The position numbers and the translations under genes were made by a program. Positions 37,308-45,994 of a DNA stretch of 64,000 nt are shown in pieces (position 1 is the stretch's first letter; each line of letters opens with the position of its first letter). The DNA comes from Chloroflexota bacterium (GTDB taxonomy: Bacteria > Chloroflexota > Dehalococcoidia > Dehalococcoidales > RBG-16-60-22): assembly GCA_016190695.1 (NCBI GenBank), contig JACPQC010000015.1, positions 13,435 to 77,434 of the forward strand. Reading direction: 5' to 3'. The notes under the pieces were generated by a model, which saw only the letters and a program-made list of their open reading frames with translations, searched no databases and was not told where the DNA came from.

Positions 37308-38024
37308 ATGATGAAACATTTCCGTATCCTTTTGGTCGACGACGAAGAGCGGTTGCTCAGTTTTCTCAAACTTAAGCTCAAGGCCTTGAACTACGAGGTT
37401 GCTACCGCTGGCAACGGAGCCGAGGCCCTGGAGTTGGTCAGGGCGCAGGAACCTAACCTGCTTGTCCTGGACCTGATGATGCCGGTGATGGACGGCTTTG
37501 AGACGCTCAGGCAACTGCGTACCTTTTCTACCACCCCGGTCATCATCCTCTCCGCCAGAGACTCGGATGTGGACAAGCTCAAAGGCTTTGACCTCCAGGC
37601 GGATGATTTTCTGTCAAAGCCCTTCAACCCTGACGAACTCGTGGCCAGGATCGAAGCGGTGAGGCGGCGCGTTAATCCGGCCAGCAGGTACACGGCGAAC
37701 GAGTCGCTCAGCATCGGGGACATAACCATTGATTTCAAGAGGCGGCACGTCCTTATCAAAGGCAAAGAGGTCCGTCTTACCCGCATCGAATGGCTCCTGC
37801 TCAGTGAACTGGCCCACAATGCCGGCCGGCTGATATTATACGAAGACCTTCTCAGCCGGGTCTGGGGGCCGGAGTACCGCGACGATATCCAGTTGCTCCG
37901 GTCATGGGTCAGCCGCCTCAGAAACAAGCTGGGCAAGGAGTCCAGCCAACCTGATCTTATCCGCACTATCACCAAGGCCGGCTATATCATCGAACAACAG
38001 AAAGCATCCGTCTCAGAATCCTGA
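37308..38024 (+). CDS. OmpR/KdpE-family response regulator
   Basis: LLVDDE, VLDLMMP and KPF motifs plus winged helix (LTRIE..VWGPEY..LRNKL). Confidence 0.93.
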   Translation: MMKHFRILLVDDEERLLSFLKLKLKALNYEVATAGNGAEALELVRAQEPNLLVLDLMMPVMDGFETLRQLRTFSTTPVIILSARDSDVDKLKGFDLQADDFLSKPFNPDELVARIEAVRRRVNPASRYTANESLSIGDITIDFKRRHVLIKGKEVRLTRIEWLLLSELAHNAGRLILYEDLLSRVWGPEYRDDIQLLRSWVSRLRNKLGKESSQPDLIRTITKAGYIIEQQKASVSES

Positions 38025-38238
38025 AGACAACGTCCACCATCTGCCGCTATAGCTCTTGCTAACCCCCTGCAGTTCCGTCAGCCCCTTTTCTTTGCCCCGG
38101 CACTTCTCCAGATAGCTCTTAGCTTCGCCGTGATTTCTTTTACAACTATTTAACTTTCGTTTGCCCTTTTTTATGACTTATTGAGCCTCAATTTCATACA
38201 ATTGTGACGAGCCGCAAATACCACGAAGGAGACCTTCC

Positions 38239-38466
38239 ATGCCCGCTACACTTGAACTGCCCAAAAAGGAGACTCCGGTCAACCTGTCGCACTTTGCCCC
38301 GGCGACGGACGAGATCATTGCCTATTGCCCGAAATGCAAAACGTTCGAGACATTATGGTTCGCCGGGGACAGGCTGCTGCAGACGCGCAAGTTCAGCCAG
38401 GATGATATCCAGGTGTACCATGACTGTGGCATCAGGGTACCCTGCAGGCTCTACCGGTCTCTCTGA
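38239..38466 (+). CDS. Small Cys-rich putative zinc-ribbon protein
   Basis: SD AAGGAG; YCPKCKTFETL..YHDCG..PC. Confidence 0.7.
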   Translation: MPATLELPKKETPVNLSHFAPATDEIIAYCPKCKTFETLWFAGDRLLQTRKFSQDDIQVYHDCGIRVPCRLYRSL

Positions 38467-38517
38467 GTCCTCCGTTTCTGGTTGAAATAACATTTGGCAA
38501 TGCTACCAGTTGTTGTG

Positions 38518-38805
38518 ATGAAAAACGCCAGGGCATACATCCTGCTTGACATAGTAGATGGCAAAGAGGCTGAAGCAACCAGGAAGCTCAGCTCAATGCC
38601 AGGCATAGTTATTGTCGACCGGCTGGAGGGCACGCCCAATGTCCTCATCATGGTCGAGGCTGCCCGGCGCCAGCAACTGGCTGAACTGACCAATAGCGCC
38701 CTGGCCGCCGTCGGTCCCCTCACCCAGGAAATACGCCTGATGCCGGTCCAGGCCAATGGCCGGCATACCATCGCCAGAAAAGGCGCCACTCGTACATCGA
38801 ATTAG
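38518..38805 (+). CDS. Lrp/AsnC ligand-binding-domain-like protein
   Basis: ARAYILLDIVDGK..VDRLEGTPNVLIMVEA; start uncertain (38494-38518). Confidence 0.65.
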   Translation: MKNARAYILLDIVDGKEAEATRKLSSMPGIVIVDRLEGTPNVLIMVEAARRQQLAELTNSALAAVGPLTQEIRLMPVQANGRHTIARKGATRTSN

Positions 38806-38819
38806 AAGGAGCAGATAAG

Positions 38820-40166
38820 ATGGGGCGGCCAACAGGCCTGAACGCTGATAACACGGTTTTTGTATTGCTTTCTTTCGAGGGGCCTGACCGCTATTCACAA
38901 GCGGGGGGGCTGGGAGTCCGGGTAACCAATCTCTCCCAGACCCTGGCAACGATGGGGTTTCCCACCCATCTCTTCTTTATCGGAGACCCGCGGGGTAAAG
39001 GTGAGGAGACCGGTGCCGGAATGAGGTTGGTGCTCCACCGCTGGTGCCAGTGGATTAGTGAATATTACCCGGCAGGCGTATACCAGGGGGAAAACGAAAA
39101 ACTGTATGACTTCAACGAATCGCTGCCGGGCTTCATCAACGACCGTATCATCAAGCCGGCGCTGGACGAAGGGAAACTGGTGGTCATACTGGGCGAAGAG
39201 TGGCATACCACCGAAGTGATGTCTCGCATTGCTAACATGCTGGAAATTGACGGCACCCGGGAGCGTGTCGTCATGTTCTGGAATGCCAACAACACCTTTG
39301 GCTTTGACAGGATAGACTGGAAGCGGCTGGCTGTCGCCTCCATTATTACCACGGTAAGCCGCTATATGAAGCAAATCATGAGGGGGGTGGGCGTCAATCC
39401 CATGGTGATACCCAACGGGATACCCAGCGCGCTGCTCAATCAAAAGGTCGATGCCCGGGCGGCGGCCGAGTTTAAAGAGAAGCTGCGGGCCACGGTGGTC
39501 CTGGCCAAGGTGGCCCGATGGGACCCGGACAAGTGCTGGAATGCCGCCGTTGAAGCTGCCGCCCGTCTCAAAGAAAGAGGGCTGAACACGGTGCTGCTGG
39601 CCAGGGGCGGAATAGAACCTCACGGGGAAGAGGTGAAATATAACGCCCGCCAGATGGGCCTCAAGGTGGTTGAGATAACCGACAACGGCGGGAATGGCCC
39701 CATATCCAGCCTCAAGGCTATCGCCAGCGGTGAGACGGCGGATATCCTGGATATAAAGTTCCACTGTACCCCTGACCTCCTCCAGATAATATACCGGGCG
39801 GCCAGCGCCGTGCTGGCTAACAGCGGGCATGAGCCTTTCGGGCTGGTCGGCCTGGAGGCCATGGCTGCCGGAGGAGTCGCTTTTACCGGCGGCACTGGCG
39901 AAGATTATGCCATTCCCTTTCACAATTCCATCGTCCTGGAGACCTCCGATCCCCGCGAGATAGAGGCTTACGTCGCTTACCTCCACGATGCCCCCCAGGA
40001 GAGCGAGAGGATACGCGAGGCGGCCAAACAGACCGCCAGCCAGTTTACCTGGGAACATGCGGCGAGGATACTTATCCGGAAGCTGGAATACCAGGCGAGA
40101 AACCAGGGGTTGCTTGCTGATAAAAACGAGTCGTCCGTTCAGGAAGGCAATAGTCATTCAGACTAA
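38820..40166 (+). CDS. Glycosyltransferase family 4
   Basis: EGPDRYSQAGGLG and EPFGLVGLEAMAAG motifs. Confidence 0.9.
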   Translation: MGRPTGLNADNTVFVLLSFEGPDRYSQAGGLGVRVTNLSQTLATMGFPTHLFFIGDPRGKGEETGAGMRLVLHRWCQWISEYYPAGVYQGENEKLYDFNESLPGFINDRIIKPALDEGKLVVILGEEWHTTEVMSRIANMLEIDGTRERVVMFWNANNTFGFDRIDWKRLAVASIITTVSRYMKQIMRGVGVNPMVIPNGIPSALLNQKVDARAAAEFKEKLRATVVLAKVARWDPDKCWNAAVEAAARLKERGLNTVLLARGGIEPHGEEVKYNARQMGLKVVEITDNGGNGPISSLKAIASGETADILDIKFHCTPDLLQIIYRAASAVLANSGHEPFGLVGLEAMAAGGVAFTGGTGEDYAIPFHNSIVLETSDPREIEAYVAYLHDAPQESERIREAAKQTASQFTWEHAARILIRKLEYQARNQGLLADKNESSVQEGNSHSD

Positions 40167-40207
40167 TCGCCAGGGCGCGGTATTTTTTCTACGGAGGCAA
40201 GAAAAAA

Positions 40208-40510
40208 ATGGCAAGGATATTGTCACAGGATGCCCAAAGGCTCCTGGGGGATGTACCGCCAGAGAAAAGCTTCTGGTGCCGTGACGGGCGTGCTTTCAAA
40301 AATATCCAGGAGCTGAGCGCGGCCCTGGCCACCATGTCCGACGAGACTTTCGGCCACCATGCCAACGCCGGCAGGAATGACTTCAGTAACTGGGTGAAAG
40401 AGGTCATCGGGGATGAAAAACTGGCCAGGGACCTCGCGAAGTCCACTACCAGGACCGCGGCCAACAAAAAAGTGATGGAACGGATCATCTTTCTTACTAC
40501 CAAGCTGTAA
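40208..40510 (+). CDS. Small conserved protein (DUF5752-like)
   Basis: FWCRDG..ETFGHH..NDFSNWVKEVIGDEKLA. Confidence 0.7.
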   Translation: MARILSQDAQRLLGDVPPEKSFWCRDGRAFKNIQELSAALATMSDETFGHHANAGRNDFSNWVKEVIGDEKLARDLAKSTTRTAANKKVMERIIFLTTKL

Positions 40511-40535
40511 TAAATTACTTACGAAAGGGAAGGCA

Positions 40536-41456
40536 ATGAAGATCAGAAAGGCCGTGATAACAGCCGGCGGATGGGGTACGCGGTTTCTGCCGCTCACCAA
40601 GTCCCAGCCCAAGGAAATGCTGCCACTGGTAAATAAACCGCTGATACAGTACAGCGTAGAAGAGGCGATCGCTTGTGGCGTAGAGCTTATAGTCATCGTC
40701 ACTTCCCTGGGCAAGCGGGCCATTGAAGACCACTTTGACCGCTCCTTTGACCTCGAGCATGCCCTGCAGCAAAAAGGGGAGCTCAAGATGGTCGAAGAAA
40801 TCCGCCGCCTGTCCAACATGGTGGATATCTGCTATGTTCGCCAGAAGGAGCAACTGGGGCTGGGCCATGCCGTGCTCATGACCCGGAACGTGATCGGAGA
40901 CGAGCCTTTTGTTCTCTTGCTGCCCGATGACCTTTTTGAGTACCGGGAAGTGCCGTTGAAGCGGATGATCGAGATATACGAGCGTTACAATGCCAGCGTC
41001 ATCGCGGTCAAAGAAGTTGCGGAGCACGAGGTCAACCGCTATGGGATAATCAGCCCGCAAGAAGTGGAGCGGCGGGTCTATCAGGTGACCGGCCTGGTAG
41101 AAAAGCCGCCTTTGGGAGAATCCCCTTCAAACCTGGCCATCATGGGGCGGTATGTCCTCTCCCCGGAGATATTCGAGTGCCTGGAATGCACGCTCCCTGG
41201 CAGGAACCAGGAGATCCAACTGACCGACGCCCTGCAGGGGCTGCAGCGTTCCGAGCCGGTGTATGCCTACCAGTTCGAAGGCGAGCGTTACGACGCCGGT
41301 ACGCTCAATGGCTGGCTGGAGGCAACGGTATCCCTGGCACTGGCGGACCCGAACATCGGCCCGCAGTTCAGGGAATGCGTACACCGGCAGCTTTCCCGCT
41401 GTGCCCGTGAAGAGAAAGCCATCAGCAAAAATGATCCGGTCCAATCCCTGCGGTAG
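40536..41456 (+). CDS. galU: UTP-glucose-1-phosphate uridylyltransferase
   Basis: GWGTRFLPLTK..PKEMLP, LGLGHAV, VEKP and EIQLTDAL motifs. Confidence 0.95.
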   Translation: MKIRKAVITAGGWGTRFLPLTKSQPKEMLPLVNKPLIQYSVEEAIACGVELIVIVTSLGKRAIEDHFDRSFDLEHALQQKGELKMVEEIRRLSNMVDICYVRQKEQLGLGHAVLMTRNVIGDEPFVLLLPDDLFEYREVPLKRMIEIYERYNASVIAVKEVAEHEVNRYGIISPQEVERRVYQVTGLVEKPPLGESPSNLAIMGRYVLSPEIFECLECTLPGRNQEIQLTDALQGLQRSEPVYAYQFEGERYDAGTLNGWLEATVSLALADPNIGPQFRECVHRQLSRCAREEKAISKNDPVQSLR

Positions 41457-41632
41457 TACCTTACGTGAAAGCAAGAAGGGTTGAGCATGATCTATGGTGG
41501 CGGGCCGGGGACAAGCACGGGCAATCTGGCAGTCCACCGGCTGTCCGTGGCGGCGCAGAGGCGCATGCCCTGGCTCCCAAAAGAGACGAGAGGGACATCT
41601 GGTATATGCGGAGAAACGGGGAGGTAGAGAAA

Positions 41633-42172
41633 ATGCTTGCCAGAAAGAGAATTGCCGTCCTGGTCGAGGGGGACTTTGAAGACTCGGAGCTGACCGAACC
41701 GGTCAAGGCCATGAAAGAAGCCGGGGCGACGGTCGTCCTGGTGGGCAGCGACGCGAAAGCTACCTTCAAGGGGAAAAAGGGGACAATGGTAAAGACGGAT
41801 GCTGCCGCCGACGAGGTCCGCGCCGATGACTTTGACGTCATCATTGTGCCTGGAGGCTATGCCCCTGATAAGATGCGGCTCCATCAGGGCATGGTCAACC
41901 TGGTCAGGCAGGCGCATGACGCCGGAAGGGTCATCGCCGCCGTGTGTCACGGCCCGCAGCTCCTGATTTCGGCTGATGTAGTCAGGGGGCGGCGGGTCAC
42001 TTCATGGCCGTCGATAGCGGTGGACCTCAGAAACGCCGGGGCAACGTGGGTGGACGAGCCGGTGGTGCGTGACGGCAATATCATCACCTCTCGCAAGCCC
42101 GCCGACCTCCCCGTTTTCAACAGGGCCATCATCGAAGCCCTGGCCGCAGAGGTTGCCGCCCCAACCAGGTAG
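41633..42172 (+). CDS. PfpI/DJ-1 family protein
   Basis: FEDSE, VPGGYAPD, AVCHGP and ITSRKPADL motifs. Confidence 0.93.
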   Translation: MLARKRIAVLVEGDFEDSELTEPVKAMKEAGATVVLVGSDAKATFKGKKGTMVKTDAAADEVRADDFDVIIVPGGYAPDKMRLHQGMVNLVRQAHDAGRVIAAVCHGPQLLISADVVRGRRVTSWPSIAVDLRNAGATWVDEPVVRDGNIITSRKPADLPVFNRAIIEALAAEVAAPTR

Positions 42173-42198
42173 TCCAAATAAAACTAAGGAGAAGGAAG

Positions 42199-42606
42199 AT
42201 GGCAGTACAGGTAAAACAGTTCAGCCAGGTATTCCAGACAGCAGACTGGAAGACCGAGAAGCATGTCCCGGTCATCGAATGCCCGGAGCGGGTCAAGGCC
42301 GGCGAAATGTTCCGGGTCAATGTCAGCATTGGCAAGGAGATATCTCATCCCAACACCACTGAGCATCACATCCGGTGGATCGCGGTCTACTTTCAGCCCG
42401 AAGGGGACAAGTTCGCCCATCAGGTAGGGGACTTTCAGTTCTCGGCGCATGGAGAAAGCACCGAAGGGCCAAACACGGGCCCGGTCTACACCCACCATGA
42501 GGTGACGCTGTGCATGAAGCTGAACAAACCTGGAATGCTTTATGCGTCCTCGTACTGCAACATCCACGGACTCTGGCAGTCGGGTAAAGAAATAGTGGTC
42601 GGCTGA
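42199..42606 (+). CDS. Superoxide reductase (1Fe, neelaredoxin type)
   Basis: EKHVP, HPNTTEHHIRWI and YCNIHGLW motifs. Confidence 0.95.
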   Translation: MAVQVKQFSQVFQTADWKTEKHVPVIECPERVKAGEMFRVNVSIGKEISHPNTTEHHIRWIAVYFQPEGDKFAHQVGDFQFSAHGESTEGPNTGPVYTHHEVTLCMKLNKPGMLYASSYCNIHGLWQSGKEIVVG

Positions 42607-42609
42607 GTC

Positions 42610-43437
42610 ATGTCATTGATGATAATAGCTAACAACATAAACGCCAGGAACCCGGAGGTAGGGCATTGGTTCCATGACCTCCTGGCCGGGGGCCCCACCG
42701 GTGAGCCGGCGGCGAAGTTGAAGGCGCTGGCCAGGCAGTGCGTCAGCGCCGGGGCCGATGTCCTGGAAATCAATCTCCAGCAGCACGATGACCGCCCCCC
42801 GGTGATGGAAGCCGCGGTCAGAATGGTCCAGGACGCCGCCGGCTGCCAGCTATGTCTCAGCACGAACAACGCCGCCACGCTGGAGGCGGGCCTGCGCGCC
42901 TGCGACCGGGCGCCCATGATAAACTACCTGTCACTGGATGAGGTCCGGCTCAAGGAGATGCTGCCGCTGGCGGCGAATTACAAGGCTGAGGTGGTGCTCC
43001 TGGTCAGTGACCCGGCCCGCCCCACCGATGCCCGTGACATGCTGCACAAGGCGGCGGTACTGGAGGGGGCGGCCAACGAGATGGGCATTCCCGATGAGCG
43101 CATAATCATCGATCCCGGCCTGATCCACGTGACCCATGTCCTGGGACAGCGCCACTTGCTCGAGATCAGGGAGTTCCTCAAGGCGATGCCGGACGTACTT
43201 GACCCCAGGTTGAGAAGCACCTGCTGGTTGAACAACGCCTCGGCAGGGGCAGCGCCCAGGCTGCGCTCGCTCATAGATACCACGGTGCTGGCCACCCTCT
43301 CTATCCTGGGCCTGTCCGGCGCTTTTATGGACGTGCTCAGCATGGAGCATATGCGGATGGTGCGCCTGCTGCGGATGCTCGATAATGAGCGAGTCTACTC
43401 CGATGGCGAGATAGACCTGGCCCTGGCGCGCCGGTAA
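42610..43437 (+). CDS. Pterin-binding protein (AcsE/MeTr-like methyltransferase homologue)
   Basis: IIANNIN, GADVLEIN, PMINY and IIIDPG motifs; C-terminal RVYSD. Confidence 0.78.
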   Translation: MSLMIIANNINARNPEVGHWFHDLLAGGPTGEPAAKLKALARQCVSAGADVLEINLQQHDDRPPVMEAAVRMVQDAAGCQLCLSTNNAATLEAGLRACDRAPMINYLSLDEVRLKEMLPLAANYKAEVVLLVSDPARPTDARDMLHKAAVLEGAANEMGIPDERIIIDPGLIHVTHVLGQRHLLEIREFLKAMPDVLDPRLRSTCWLNNASAGAAPRLRSLIDTTVLATLSILGLSGAFMDVLSMEHMRMVRLLRMLDNERVYSDGEIDLALARR

Positions 43438-43471
43438 CGATTTCCATCTCAAACCAGGAGGATAATGGTCC

Positions 43472-43744
43472 ATGGCGTATTACATCACCGACGAATGCAT
43501 TAGCTGCGGGGCCTGCGAACCGGAGTGTCCCAATGTGGCCATATCCGAAGGGGAGACTATCTACATCATAAACCCGGACAGATGTACCGAGTGCGTAGGC
43601 TCTTTTGAATCGTCACGCTGCGCCGCCGTCTGCCCGGTAGACGCCTGTCACCCTGACCCCAACTACCCTGAGACCAGGGAAGAGCTTCTGGCGAAGTGGC
43701 GCGGCCTGCATCCCGGCGAAGAGCCGGTCGCGGGGACGTATTGA
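43472..43744 (+). CDS. YfhL-type 2x[4Fe-4S] ferredoxin
   Basis: CISCGACEPECP and CTECVG..CAAVCPVD motifs. Confidence 0.95.
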   Translation: MAYYITDECISCGACEPECPNVAISEGETIYIINPDRCTECVGSFESSRCAAVCPVDACHPDPNYPETREELLAKWRGLHPGEEPVAGTY

Positions 43745-43782
43745 CCGGAAACCTCTACTGCGGGGCGTCGGTGAGGAGGGAA

Positions 43783-44208
43783 ATGTTTCGCCTTGCCCTG
43801 GTCCTGGCCCTGCTGGCCCTGGTCCTGGCAGCCTGCGCCCGGGAAGCGCCTCCCGCCGCCGGACCGGTCTCAGACTACGATAGCCTGGTCAGCGCCCTGC
43901 GCGCCGCCGGGGCCACGGTCGAGACCGCCGGTGAAGTAGAGCAGCCCTTCTTTGCGGTCAAGGGCCGGGTGATAAAGGTAAACGGCCAGGACGTGCAGGT
44001 CTTCGGTTACCGGGACGAGGCCGCTGCCGGCGCCGATGCGGCTAAAGTATCGCCTGATGGTAGCTCCATCGGCACTACCATGGTAAGCTGGATAGCGCCG
44101 CCCCATTTCTACCGGTCAGGAAAGCTGATAGCGCTTTATGTGGGACAGGAACAGTCAACCATATCGGCGCTGGAGGGCGTACTCGGCCCCCAGTTTGCCG
44201 GGCGATAG
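43783..44208 (+). CDS. Hypothetical lipoprotein
   Basis: SD GAGGAGG; lipobox LAAC; WIAPPHFY..LGPQFAG. Confidence 0.8.
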   Translation: MFRLALVLALLALVLAACAREAPPAAGPVSDYDSLVSALRAAGATVETAGEVEQPFFAVKGRVIKVNGQDVQVFGYRDEAAAGADAAKVSPDGSSIGTTMVSWIAPPHFYRSGKLIALYVGQEQSTISALEGVLGPQFAGR

Positions 44209-44218
44209 GGGAGAGGTT

Positions 44219-44815
44219 ATGTTCAAGTTCAACGGGGTGAACCACCTGGCTATGGCCACCGGCGACATGGACCGGACGATACATTTCTGGCGTGACCTGC
44301 TCGGGATGAGGCTGGTCGCCGGGCTGGGCCAGCCGGGCTACCGGCACTACTTCTTCGAGATATCGGAGAACGACTTGCTCGCCTTCTTCGAGTGGCCAGG
44401 AGTCGAACCGGTGGCCAGGAAGGAGCACGGGCGGCCGGTGAAAGGCCCCTTTGTCTTCGACCATATCTCCTTCGGCGTTGACACCGAGGATGACCTCTGG
44501 GCGGTCAAGGACAGGCTGGAGGCCGCCGGCTTTCATGTCTCTGAGGTCATCGATCACGGCTTTATCCACTCCATCTATGCCCATGACCCCAACGGCATAC
44601 CCATCGAGTTCTCTCACAACGTGGCAGGGGTGGATATCCGCAGCCATCCCCGGATGAAAGACAGCGTGCCCTCACCGGCGGCGCAGGAAGGCCCCGAGCC
44701 GGAGCTGGGCCACTGGCCCGCCGTGACCGCCCCCACACCCCCCTCCGAGCGCAGAGTGTACCCCGGCGCCGGCAGCGAGCTGTTCCACGGGAAGAAGACC
44801 ACCGCCGCAAAGTGA
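44219..44815 (+). CDS. VOC/glyoxalase family protein
   Basis: VNHLAM, FDHISF and SIYAHDPNGIPIEF motifs. Confidence 0.9.
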   Translation: MFKFNGVNHLAMATGDMDRTIHFWRDLLGMRLVAGLGQPGYRHYFFEISENDLLAFFEWPGVEPVARKEHGRPVKGPFVFDHISFGVDTEDDLWAVKDRLEAAGFHVSEVIDHGFIHSIYAHDPNGIPIEFSHNVAGVDIRSHPRMKDSVPSPAAQEGPEPELGHWPAVTAPTPPSERRVYPGAGSELFHGKKTTAAK

Positions 44816-44843
44816 GGGGTCTTCGGAAAGACTTACCGAGAAT

Positions 44844-44944
44844 GTCATGCTGGAAGGAGCAGAGCGACTGAAGCATCTCAGGGTGGGGAGGTAACGATGG
44901 TTTCCCTACCCTTCCCCCATTCGCTTCGCTCCCTCAAGAATGCC
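44844..44944. repeat. Degenerate REP doublet (GTCA family)
   Basis: GTCATGCTGGAAGGAGCAGAGCGACTGAAGCATCTC ... TTCGCTTCGCTCCCTCAAGAATGCC. Confidence 0.65.
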
Positions 44945-45081
44945 ATGCTCGGACAGCCTTTCCATGGGGAGACGCTTTCACTGGATATCGCTTTCGCCGG
45001 TCTGACGTCATGTAGTTGTCGTTTCTTCGTGCTATAATGGACAGTGGCGGACAAGTAAGAAGCATTTGAAGCAGGTGACTG

Positions 45082-45765
45082 ATGGCGAAGCTGCGCATCG
45101 TGTCCCACAGCGACCAGCGCTTCCAGGACCGCAGTGAGGCGGGGCGGTTGCTGGCCCGAGAACTGGCCCACCTGTCCGGCCCGGCAACGGTGGTGCTGGG
45201 CATCCCGCGCGGTGGGGTGATGGTGGCCCTGGAGGTGGGCCGCGCGCTGGGGGCACAGGTGGATATCGTCTTTTCCAGGAAGCTGCGCGCCCCGGGCCAT
45301 CTTGAACTGGCCATGGGCTCCGTGTCTGAAAACGGCCAGGTGTTCCTCAACGACATGGTGGTGCGGGAGTTGGGTATCACCAGGGACTATATTGAACAGG
45401 AGCGGGCCTTGCAGATGCAGGAGATCGCCCGCCGTGCCGAGGCCATCCGCCGCGTCTGGCCCAGGGTACCCCTGGCCGGCAAGACAGCCATAGTGACCGA
45501 TGACGGGGTGGCCACCGGGGCCACCACCAGGGCCGCGATCTGGTCAGTGCGCCAGCAACATCCTGAAAAGCTGGTCTGCGCTGTGCCCGTCGGCCCCGAG
45601 GACACGCTCCGGGAGCTTGCCGGAGAAGTGGACGAAATGGTGTGCCTGCGCGCCCCGCCCTACTTCGTGGCGGTAGGGCAGTTCTACGCCGCCTTTCTGC
45701 CGGTCAGTGACGAGGACATTCTGGCAGCGTTCCGCCGCTACGTGGACAGCCCGGTCAACCCCTGA
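45082..45765 (+). CDS. Type I phosphoribosyltransferase-family protein
   Basis: FQDRSEAG, LGIPRGG, VTDDGVATGAT and AVGQFY motifs. Confidence 0.9.
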   Translation: MAKLRIVSHSDQRFQDRSEAGRLLARELAHLSGPATVVLGIPRGGVMVALEVGRALGAQVDIVFSRKLRAPGHLELAMGSVSENGQVFLNDMVVRELGITRDYIEQERALQMQEIARRAEAIRRVWPRVPLAGKTAIVTDDGVATGATTRAAIWSVRQQHPEKLVCAVPVGPEDTLRELAGEVDEMVCLRAPPYFVAVGQFYAAFLPVSDEDILAAFRRYVDSPVNP

Positions 45766-45994
45766 AGCCCCTTCCCGCCCCAGCCGGACTTATAAATTCC
45801 CCAAAATGCCCAAAAAGGGACTTTTCGTGCCATTTGGTTATGAAACAGTGAGATAATTGCGCCCGGCGGCAATCTTTCAGGCGGCCAGCAGACTTGAACC
45901 GCAAGGGGCTTCGCGGTATACTCAGCAATGGGCGCGCCGCCAATGAGACATTTCAGAGCAGAAGTCCACTGCGGCATCGCACCTTTCAGGTTTA

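Noticed and set aside
41465..41632. N-terminal extension of PfpI or a separate small ORF
   Set aside because: A strong SD precedes ATG 41633, and the upstream translations look random.
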